DNA of 64,000 nucleotides from a virus. The DNA lies in IMG/VR virus record IMGVR_UViG_3300038468_000170, positions 32,020 through 96,019 of that record; one strand, given 5' to 3'. Shown here piece by piece: positions 57,053 through 64,000 of this stretch (position 1 is its first letter; the number at the start of each line of letters is the position of its first letter). The notes under the pieces are model-generated. The model was not told the origin of the DNA. It did no database searches and saw only the letters and a program-made list of their open reading frames with translations. The position numbers were made by a program, and so were the translations under genes.

Positions 57053-57589
57053 ATGGACATCTTCGATCCCGAGCGAACCACGCTCACGACACACGACCGC
57101 GGACGTCTGGAGTCCGCGATCACGGAAATCACGCCCTCCATCTGGACGCTCTATCACAGCGGCGGCTCCCCCTGCGACCTACGGATCCTCGAGCGGCGAA
57201 ACGAAGAGCTTACGCCCCCCGAACGCTTTTCGATCGAGCTCATCGATACCCTGGCGCATGCGCTTGTCCTCTCTTCGACGCCTGCCGAGGACGAGCACGG
57301 CCAACATTGGCTCACCGAGGTCGCGAGCGCGGTCAAGACTCCGCCGCTCACGCGGCGCGAGCGAGCGCGAGTCGACGCCTTCCTTCGTATCGCCTGGAGC
57401 GAATTTCTATTCGCGATCGACGGGATCCGGCCTTCTGAAGCGCATGCCTCGATCGAAACGATCTGGATGACGTACCGCGCCGGATACCAAGCGTGCATTG
57501 GCTCTGCGTCGCCAACGGCCTCTGCGGCGATTTTGCGTGTCGCCGGACTTGCCGGCCACGCCATGGTCGATTTACGGAGCTCGAAATGA
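57053..57589 (+). CDS. Hypothetical protein
   Basis: AAGGA upstream; divergent from the acidic operon. Confidence 0.6.
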   Translation: MDIFDPERTTLTTHDRGRLESAITEITPSIWTLYHSGGSPCDLRILERRNEELTPPERFSIELIDTLAHALVLSSTPAEDEHGQHWLTEVASAVKTPPLTRRERARVDAFLRIAWSEFLFAIDGIRPSEAHASIETIWMTYRAGYQACIGSASPTASAAILRVAGLAGHAMVDLRSSK

Positions 57590-57649
57590 AGCCGGACGCT
57601 ACTGAGGAGCTGGTTCCCGTGGAGCAGGTTCTTCAGGAGGCCAGAGAGT

Positions 57650-58063
57650 TTGTCCCTGAGCTTCGGGGAGTGCGGCCAGGCCGGGTGCCACGCCCGCGCG
57701 GACGTGGACGGCTGGTGCGACGAGCACTCAAACCAATTCAAACGGTTCGGAACCCATAATCCTGTTGGCCCGTATGGGCCAGGAAAACCTTGGCGAAACA
57801 TGAAACGCTCCTTCACCAAGTTCGTAGCGCGTCTCGATTCGATCGGGCTCCGCCCCGACGTCGAGAAGCGCTCGCTCTCGCATCACGTGTCGCTGCAAGA
57901 TCTCTACGAGGGCACCGACCGTGCGCCGTCGATCGTCGCCGCTAGGCGCGACGTCTACACGTGGCTCATGAAAAAGGGCAAGGGCAACAACGAGATCGCA
58001 CGGCTCTTCGACAGGGCGCCGAGCGGTGTGCAGAGGTTGACGCGGGGGAGAAACGGGGCGTGA
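57650..58063 (+). CDS. Protein with DnaA C-terminal-like HTH (start uncertain)
   Basis: IVAARR...W.....G...EIARLFDR..S.V. Confidence 0.55.
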   Translation: MSLSFGECGQAGCHARADVDGWCDEHSNQFKRFGTHNPVGPYGPGKPWRNMKRSFTKFVARLDSIGLRPDVEKRSLSHHVSLQDLYEGTDRAPSIVAARRDVYTWLMKKGKGNNEIARLFDRAPSGVQRLTRGRNGA

Positions 58064-58287
58064 CCGATCTGTTCGTCATGGTTCGCGACGACCCCCGCGT
58101 CTGGCGGCTGGTGTCGTACGACGATCTCAACTTGCGGCTCAGGTCGCTCGACGGACTCGAGCTCGAGACACCGAAGAGTCTATGCTGCGTGGGCGAAGTG
58201 AAGCACTGGTGCGGCTCACGGCGCTTCGGGGCCGCGTGGTTGGCGGGCGGCGGAGAACTGTTCATGAGAAACGCAGGTGCGGCGTGA
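58060..58287 (+). CDS. Hypothetical protein
   Basis: GTGA-coupled on both sides. Confidence 0.5.
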   Translation: MTDLFVMVRDDPRVWRLVSYDDLNLRLRSLDGLELETPKSLCCVGEVKHWCGSRRFGAAWLAGGGELFMRNAGAA

Positions 58288-59135
58288 TCGCGCGTCCGTG
58301 TCTCAAATGGGCTGGCGGGAAGACCAAGCTCTTGTCGGAGATACTTCCTAGGCTTCCGAAGAAGATCGGCACCTATTACGAACCGTTCCTGGGCGGTGGC
58401 GCTGTTTTCTTTGCGCTCGTGGCGGAGGGGCACCGTGCCACTAACGGTCCAGACGCAATCACACGGTTCGAACGAGCCGTAGTTGGCGACACGAACGAAG
58501 AGCTCATGAACGTCTACGCACAGATTCGTGATGCCGCAGGTACGCTGTTGGTCTATCTAGATCACGACATCAAGCAAGACGAAAAGACGTACTACCAGAT
58601 CCGAGCGCAAGATCCGAGGTCATTGCCGCCTACAATGCGCGCAGCACGGACGATCTACTTGAACAAGGTCGGTTTCAACGGCATTTATCGTGTGAATCGT
58701 AAGGGGGCGTTCAACGTACCATGGGGCAAGCAAGAGGGGCGAGCGCTCTTCGACGAGGCGAATTTTCTGGGTTGCTCGCTTGCTCTCCAGTGCGCAACAC
58801 TCGTCTCGTTCGACTTCGAGAAAACGGTCGCTTCCGCGAAGAAGGGTGACGCGGTCTACTTCGACTCTCCATACGTTCCCGCGTCGGAGACGGCGAACTT
58901 CGTCGCCTACACCGCCGGAGGTTTCAGCGAGAACGATCAGATCCGACTCCGTAACGTCGCGAAGCGTCTCGTGGACCGCGGCGTCCACGTCCTTCTATCG
59001 AACAGCGACACGCCGCTCGTGCGGAAGCTCTACACGGGTTTCAAGGTTGATCGGGTAGAGGCGCCTCGACGGGTGAACTCGAAGGGCGACAAGCGCGGGA
59101 ACGTGGGAGAGCTACTTATCTCAGGGAGAGAATGA
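58284..59135 (+). CDS. dam: D12-class N6-adenine DNA methyltransferase (Dam-like)
   Basis: LKWAGGK, EPFLGGGAV, FNGIYRVN..G.FNVP and LSNSD motifs; motif IV reads DSPY. Confidence 0.92.
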   Translation: MIARPCLKWAGGKTKLLSEILPRLPKKIGTYYEPFLGGGAVFFALVAEGHRATNGPDAITRFERAVVGDTNEELMNVYAQIRDAAGTLLVYLDHDIKQDEKTYYQIRAQDPRSLPPTMRAARTIYLNKVGFNGIYRVNRKGAFNVPWGKQEGRALFDEANFLGCSLALQCATLVSFDFEKTVASAKKGDAVYFDSPYVPASETANFVAYTAGGFSENDQIRLRNVAKRLVDRGVHVLLSNSDTPLVRKLYTGFKVDRVEAPRRVNSKGDKRGNVGELLISGRE

Positions 59136-59138
59136 CAA

Positions 59139-61607
59139 ATGAAAGCAATCCGTAATTTCTTGTGCATGATCGTGGCCGTCGTGGCCGCCTGCGCGCCCAT
59201 CGCGAGCGATAGCGACGGGGCGAAGATCCATACCGAGACGGCGCGCCAAAGGCTCACGCCCGTCTATCCGCTGAAGCGGGCTCCGGGCGCGCGCTACATC
59301 ACGGACCAGGGCGGGACGCCCTTCTTGGTGAACGCCTGGACCGAGCACACCATCGTCACGAACATCCCCCCGAGCGCGTACGGGCAGATCATGTCGACGC
59401 GCGCCGCGCAGGGCTTCAACGCCGTGCAGGTGCAAGTGCTCGTGAACAACTACATCCACAACCCGAGCGCGTGTACGGACGACGGGATCTGTCCGTTCAC
59501 GACAGGAGGCTCCCAGCCCCAGCCTGCCGACCTATCGACTCCGAACGAGGCGTATTTCGCGCGGCTAGACCAGGTGATCTCGGCGGCCGCCGCCTCGAAC
59601 GTCGTCGTCTTCCTCACTCCGCTCGATGAGGGCGGCTGGGCGGATCCGGGTCAGAACAACACTCTCCACGCGAACAGTGCAGGCGGCGCGGGACATACGA
59701 AGCTCTACGGGTACGGGCAATACCTCAGTAACCGCTACAAGAACTCCCCGAATATCGTCTGGCAATTCGGCAACGACTTTCAGAACTGGTGCTCCTCTTC
59801 GACCACGAATGGCCTCACGGACGACCAGCTCGTCCTTGAGATCGGAAACGGCATTCGGAGCGCGGACACGATCCTCCCGAAGCCCGCGACGATCGAGCTT
59901 GCGTACCTCATCTCGAGCACAATCGATGACACGGCGATCTGGGGACCATTCTCCGACTTCAACGCGGTCTACACGTACGCGCCGATCTACTCGCGCGTGC
60001 ACCACGACTACGGCGCGGATAGCCGGCCGAGCCTCATGATCGAGAGCTTCTATAATGGCGAAGGGAATCCTCCAGCGAACTGGACGACCGCCGCGCACGA
60101 CGCAAGGAAGGAGGCTTGGTGGTCGATACTCGGCGGGGCGGCGGGCACGTTCTTCGGGAACAACGGCGACTACGATCCGAGCCATTCTCCGTCCTTCGAC
60201 CCGGTCGCGGCGCTCACCGATCCGAGCGCCGCGGAGGTCGGCTACATGAGCGGCTTTTTCGCGGCGCTTCCGTGGTGGACGCTCGTCCCGGATCGCAACG
60301 CGAATACGATCGTGACGGCCGGCTTCTGCCCGAGCGGCACGACCTGCTACGACACCACGGAAGACGGCTGCGACAACGGATGCGCCTCATGCGTCTTCGC
60401 GTCGCACTCTGCCCAGGTGAACTACTACGCAACAACCGCCAGGACGAGCGACGGCGCGTACATCGTCTCGTACATGCCATCGCCGCGTACGATCACGGTC
60501 GACCTCACGAAGATGAGCGTCTCGCCCTTCCAAGCGCGCTGGTTCAATCCGGCGGCGAACACGTACACGACAATCGGGACCTTCACGAACGTCGGGAGCC
60601 AGCAATTCACTCCGCCAGCGGCGACGCCCGAGCAGACCGCAAACTGTAACGACAGCGATCATTCGAAGTGCGCCGACTGGGTGCTCATTCTTTCGCCGCT
60701 CCCGGGCGATGGCGGCACCGGGACGGGAGGAGCCCCGGGGACCGGCGGGGCGCCCGCGACGGGTGGAGTGACTTCGACCGGAGGCGCGCCGAGCACGGGT
60801 GGAGTGACTTCGACCGGAGGCGTCACGTCTACGGGCGGCGACACGTCGACTGGAGGGACAACGGGAACGGGTGGCGACACATCGACCGGAGGGACAAGCT
60901 CGACCGGAGGGACAAGCTCGACCGGAGGAACGACGAGCACCGGCGGTACGACGGGCACGGGCGGCTCGACGGGCGGCACGACGCCGATCTTGTTCGTACA
61001 GGAGAACAACGCCGTGCCGCAATCGTCGCCGACCAGCGTCGCGGTGAAGTACACGCTCGCGCAAGCGGCGGGAGACCTCGACGTCATCGTGGTCGGCTGG
61101 AACGATTCGACGAGGCACGTCTCGAGCGTCGTCGACACGCAAGGGAACCCGTACGCGCTCGCGGTAGGTCCGACGGTCGTGAGCGGCACGCTTTCGCAGT
61201 CGATCTACTACGCCCCGAACATCGTCGCCGCTGCCGCGAACGCAAACACCGTGACCGTCACGTGGAACGGAGGGGCAGCGTTTCCGGACATCCGGATCCT
61301 AGAGTACAGTGGCATAGCGCCCGTCGCTCCCGTCGACGTGACGAAGGCGGCGACAGGCACCGGCACGAACTCGAACAGTGGGAGCGTCACCACTATGAAC
61401 GGCCACGACCTCCTCTTCGCTGCGAACACGATCACGACCACGACGAACGGCCCCGGATCTGGCTACACGAAGCGCGTCATCACGTGGCCGGACGGCGACG
61501 TCGCCGAGGATCGCGTAGTCTCGGCGACGGGGAGCTACAGCGCGACGGCGCCGATGAGCTCCGGCAAGTGGATCATGCAGCTCGTAGCCTTCAAAGGTGT
61601 GAATTGA
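59139..61607 (+). CDS. Lipoprotein: DUF4038/apiosidase-like glycosidase + collagen-binding-like domain + Thr/Gly linker + C-terminal beta domain
   Basis: VVAAC lipobox; GTPFL, QGFN, PNEAYFARLD, RYKN.PNIVW..GND, WFNP and DWVL motifs; STGG repeats. Confidence 0.8.
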   Translation: MKAIRNFLCMIVAVVAACAPIASDSDGAKIHTETARQRLTPVYPLKRAPGARYITDQGGTPFLVNAWTEHTIVTNIPPSAYGQIMSTRAAQGFNAVQVQVLVNNYIHNPSACTDDGICPFTTGGSQPQPADLSTPNEAYFARLDQVISAAAASNVVVFLTPLDEGGWADPGQNNTLHANSAGGAGHTKLYGYGQYLSNRYKNSPNIVWQFGNDFQNWCSSSTTNGLTDDQLVLEIGNGIRSADTILPKPATIELAYLISSTIDDTAIWGPFSDFNAVYTYAPIYSRVHHDYGADSRPSLMIESFYNGEGNPPANWTTAAHDARKEAWWSILGGAAGTFFGNNGDYDPSHSPSFDPVAALTDPSAAEVGYMSGFFAALPWWTLVPDRNANTIVTAGFCPSGTTCYDTTEDGCDNGCASCVFASHSAQVNYYATTARTSDGAYIVSYMPSPRTITVDLTKMSVSPFQARWFNPAANTYTTIGTFTNVGSQQFTPPAATPEQTANCNDSDHSKCADWVLILSPLPGDGGTGTGGAPGTGGAPATGGVTSTGGAPSTGGVTSTGGVTSTGGDTSTGGTTGTGGDTSTGGTSSTGGTSSTGGTTSTGGTTGTGGSTGGTTPILFVQENNAVPQSSPTSVAVKYTLAQAAGDLDVIVVGWNDSTRHVSSVVDTQGNPYALAVGPTVVSGTLSQSIYYAPNIVAAAANANTVTVTWNGGAAFPDIRILEYSGIAPVAPVDVTKAATGTGTNSNSGSVTTMNGHDLLFAANTITTTTNGPGSGYTKRVITWPDGDVAEDRVVSATGSYSATAPMSSGKWIMQLVAFKGVN
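60715..60980 (+). repeat. Coding (T/S)TGG linker repeats
   Basis: 18-bp-period units such as TCGACCGGAGGGACAAGC. Confidence 0.7.
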
Positions 61608-61665
61608 TGAGATGTCCACACCTCAAGATTGGAGCGGACGCTACGGAATCACGAAGGAGCAGAAC

Positions 61666-62013
61666 ATGAGCGAGCGCAACCCGGAGCCGGCGAATCTTTC
61701 GGCGAGTGTGCCACCTGATTCTCAGAGCGCACGGATGGACGTCCGGTGTCGCGAATCGACGTGGCGCATGTTGATGGAGGAGACGGTGACGATCGTGGGC
61801 CTCCACATTGTGGCGCCCACGCTGCCGCCGTGGACTGAAGTGAAATTGCGCCACAGCGCAGAGGAGTGGGTAGACTCCTCGCTCTCGAAGTGGGCGGCTG
61901 GTCTGGACCCGCGCTTGCGGGTGTGCGAGCGCAACGAAGTGATCGTCATGGTCGGCGGACTAGCTCAAAGCGTGACGTTAATGGTGGTTCGCGAAAAAGG
62001 GCCGCGCGAATGA
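61666..62013 (+). CDS. Hypothetical protein, first unit of the cassette array
   Basis: AAGGAG RBS; stop lies inside the first ATGAAGCAC. Confidence 0.55.
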   Translation: MSERNPEPANLSASVPPDSQSARMDVRCRESTWRMLMEETVTIVGLHIVAPTLPPWTEVKLRHSAEEWVDSSLSKWAAGLDPRLRVCERNEVIVMVGGLAQSVTLMVVREKGPRE

Positions 62014-62228
62014 AGCACGGATGTACGGCAGACCGCGCGGAGCGGGGCACGGGACCTATGAAGAAAGACGTAAGCACCAGCGCGCTAGCACTGTCTGTTG
62101 TACTGGCGATATTCGGTTTTTGCCTTACGAGTCACACGCAGTTCGGGCACGCGATCGATTTCGTGCTCGTGTTCGAGGCTGGCTTCTTGGGCGCATTCCT
62201 GGTTCAGCGAATCATGGCGCGAAGATGA
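62010..62228 (+). CDS. Cassette gene: small two-TM protein
   Basis: MKHGCTA start; two hydrophobic segments. Confidence 0.6.
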   Translation: MKHGCTADRAERGTGPMKKDVSTSALALSVVLAIFGFCLTSHTQFGHAIDFVLVFEAGFLGAFLVQRIMARR

Positions 62229-62506
62229 AGCACGAGACTCAATCCGTCCTCGGGGCGACTCCGCCGGTCGATTCTGAGTTCTGCATCCGGTGCGGCTCCG
62301 ATCTGGAATGGGTCGACTGCTGGCAATGTGGTGGAGAGGGTGCGACGTTGCCGGGTGATCTATACGAAGAAGATCCGCTCTGGTATGCGCCCGATGACAC
62401 GGAACCTTGTCATATCTGCCTGGGCCGTGGTGGCTGGCAACTTTGCGCGAACCGCTGTGACGAGAAGCCGGCTGGAATCAGCGACGAGACTGGGGAGCAA
62501 AAATGA
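62225..62506 (+). CDS. Cassette gene: DnaJ-type zinc-finger protein
   Basis: MKHETQSV start; CWQCGGEG...CHICLGRGG. Confidence 0.7.
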   Translation: MKHETQSVLGATPPVDSEFCIRCGSDLEWVDCWQCGGEGATLPGDLYEEDPLWYAPDDTEPCHICLGRGGWQLCANRCDEKPAGISDETGEQK

Positions 62507-63099
62507 AGCAGGATGCCTCCGGGTCCCGGCGCCGTAATTCTGCGGAGTCCGTCTCGCGGACGGCGGTGCTGGTCGATTCTGTGCTCCGTGCCTGCGCGTA
62601 CTGGCGGTACGCGGAGAGCGGGAAGTTTGACGTCGATGGCGTTCGACTCGTGCGTGGGCACTACTCCCGCCGCAAGCCGGACTCGCCTCAATTCATGCCG
62701 CCAGGTGAGACCATCGTGCTCGTGACGGCAGACAAGACGGCCGTGTGGGGATGGTGGCGGCCTCATCCGGACAGCGGCATCGTCGCCATGAATGGGCGCG
62801 ACGGCTGGACGTGCAGCGTCTTCGCGAACCATGGCGGCGCGTTGTCGAGCGAGCTCGTACTGGACGCGGAGCGCGCTCTCGCGGCGCTCGACTCGGCCGG
62901 GCTCACCGCGGGCCCATGCGGCCCGGACGGTATGATGACCTACGTTTGGCGCTCGAAGGTGAAGAGCCCTAATCCTGGCTACTGCTACAAGGTCGCCGGC
63001 TGGGCGAAGATCGGGACGTGCGCGCGAGGCACCAAAGACCTGCTCGCGAAGCCGCTTTCGGTGGCCGGAATCAAACCCACACTCAAGAGGGCAAGATGA
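62503..63099 (+). CDS. Cassette gene: Mom-like / GNAT-fold DNA-modification protein
   Basis: HYSR...PPGE..VL, CSVF.N...SSEL, TYV and NPGYCY..AGW motifs. Confidence 0.65.
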   Translation: MKQDASGSRRRNSAESVSRTAVLVDSVLRACAYWRYAESGKFDVDGVRLVRGHYSRRKPDSPQFMPPGETIVLVTADKTAVWGWWRPHPDSGIVAMNGRDGWTCSVFANHGGALSSELVLDAERALAALDSAGLTAGPCGPDGMMTYVWRSKVKSPNPGYCYKVAGWAKIGTCARGTKDLLAKPLSVAGIKPTLKRAR

Positions 63100-63299
63100 A
63101 GCACGGATGTACGGCAGTCTCTTTGACGTGCGTGCCACCTAGCGAACGCTGTCCGGAGTGCATGGGAGATGGGTTCGAGATGGGACGCGACGGTCCATAT
63201 CCGTGCGTCGTTTGCAATTGGACCGGCTCTGTCTCACCCGAACGGCGCGAGTGGTGGGAGACGACAATTCAAGCTGAACGAATTGGAGCGCGCAAATGA
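63096..63299 (+). CDS. Cassette gene: small zinc-finger protein
   Basis: MKHGCTA start; CPECMGDG...CVVCNWTG. Confidence 0.65.
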   Translation: MKHGCTAVSLTCVPPSERCPECMGDGFEMGRDGPYPCVVCNWTGSVSPERREWWETTIQAERIGARK

Positions 63300-63568
63300 A
63301 GCACGAGACTCAGTCCGTTCCAAGCGCGAGCGCGCCGGTCGATTCTGACCATGATGGTCATGTGCGAAAGTACCAGCGACAGCGTGCTATGCGGCACTCG
63401 GACATGATGCGCCCTAGGAAGTGCGATGCCTGTCACGGAGTAATCTGTTGCTATTACGGAGAAAAGACGGTCGAGAGTCCCGAGGCGCCATGCGGGGTTT
63501 GGATTCTGCATCCACTGTGTTCTCCTCCGAAGGTGGGCGTAATTATCGCCGAAGACTGGAGCGCCTAG
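63296..63568 (+). CDS. Cassette gene: Cys/His-containing protein
   Basis: MKHETQSV start; CDAC...HPLC. Confidence 0.6.
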   Translation: MKHETQSVPSASAPVDSDHDGHVRKYQRQRAMRHSDMMRPRKCDACHGVICCYYGEKTVESPEAPCGVWILHPLCSPPKVGVIIAEDWSA

Positions 63569-63621
63569 ATGAAGCACCGTTGCCGAGTGAATAATTCGCC
63601 ACCGTGCTCCGTCCACCGGAC

Positions 63622-64000
63622 ATGTCGAATCGCAGTCTCGAAGACGCTTGTCACGCCTACGCCCAACACTCCCGCGCGCCGGGCACGCGCGCCTCGTACC
63701 TCCAGAAGATGGTTCCGTTCCGAGCGTTCTGCGCGGAGCGCGGCGTCAAAGCCGTGCCCGCCGATCCCGAGACGGTCCGTCTCTACCTCGCCAAGCTCGC
63801 GGAGGACGGCTTGAGCGTCTCGACCGTGAACCAGTTCCTCTCCGCCATCGGGGAGGCGCACGAGGCCGAGGGGCACCTCTCGCCGCGGTTCCACCCCGCC
63901 GTGCAGCAAGTCTGGCGCGGGATCCGTCGGACGAAGAAGGTCCGCGCCATCGGGATGAAGCCGCTCCTCGCCGAGCACATTCGGAAGATGCTCGCAGCGA
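63622..64000 (+). CDS. Cre-like tyrosine recombinase, N-terminal core-binding domain (3' truncated by window; not in ORF track)
   Basis: Manual translation: MSNRSLEDACHAYAQHSRAPGTRASY...FRAFCAERG...PADPETVRLYLAKLAEDGLSVSTVNQFLSAIGEAH...HPAVQQVWRGIRR...KPLLAEHIRKML. Confidence 0.85.
   Translation, partial: MSNRSLEDACHAYAQHSRAPGTRASYLQKMVPFRAFCAERGVKAVPADPETVRLYLAKLAEDGLSVSTVNQFLSAIGEAHEAEGHLSPRFHPAVQQVWRGIRRTKKVRAIGMKPLLAEHIRKMLAA

Larger units (their letters stand above)
62010..63612 (+). repeat. Array of six ATGAAGCA(C/G)-initiated imperfect palindromes at gene junctions
   Basis: Copies start at 62010, 62225, 62503, 63096, 63296 and 63569; GGTCGATTCTG at 62266, 62571 and 63337; GTGCTCCGT at 62581 and 63604. 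Confidence 0.85.

Noticed and set aside
58855-58880. DSPY instead of DPPY as a sign of an inactive Dam
   Set aside because: The catalytic Asp and Tyr and all other motifs are intact, so one substitution is not enough to call a pseudogene.
62010-63612. CRISPR array, classical attC array or loxP-type sites
   Set aside because: The spacers are whole genes of 200-593 bp and no cas operon is present. There are no RYYYAAC/GTTRRRY ends, and no 13-bp inverted arms flank the 8-bp core.
63565-63980. ORF-track calls 63565..63978(-), 63569..63814(+) and 63783..63980(-)
   Set aside because: They are shadows of the recombinase ORF starting at 63622, which the track missed because it has no stop inside the window.

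Overview
GC-rich (roughly 60-65% by eye), densely packed phage/prophage DNA. A Myxococcota/Polyangiaceae-type host is likely, judging from a GTGG-linker lipoprotein and codon style (inference). No rRNA, tRNA or CRISPR array is evident, and I could not recognise a major capsid protein, terminase or portal in the window. Layout: (1) 1-5.7 kb, collagen-like and Gly-rich fibre genes; (2) 5.7-10.5 kb, a glycosyltransferase/methyltransferase cluster; (3) 10.5-17.8 kb, membrane-anchored putative virion proteins (SGNH hydrolase, tail-type lysozyme, phosphatase); (4) 18-33 kb on the minus strand, a tyrosine integrase, ThyX, dCTP deaminase, dNMP kinase, MazG-like, ParB-like, RecD/Dda helicase and primase, plus a perfect 38-bp inverted repeat (candidate origin); (5) 33.5-42.2 kb, a replication operon (Cas4-like nuclease, SF2 helicase, SSB-like, PolA, RuvC-like, Gam-like); (6) 42-52 kb, small accessory genes including a Tad1/Acb2-family sponge, SprT, HNH-RHH and a rhomboid; (7) 52-57 kb, an operon of acidic modular proteins including an Ocr-like DNA mimic, with a duplicated leader; (8) 58-61.6 kb, Dam methylase and a DUF4038 glycosidase. 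The most striking feature is at 61.7-64 kb: an array of single-gene cassettes whose junctions all begin ATGAAGCA(C/G) and open imperfect palindromes, directly upstream of a Cre-like tyrosine recombinase. This is a candidate integron-like system without IntI or canonical attC. All family assignments are from motif recognition, not database searches.
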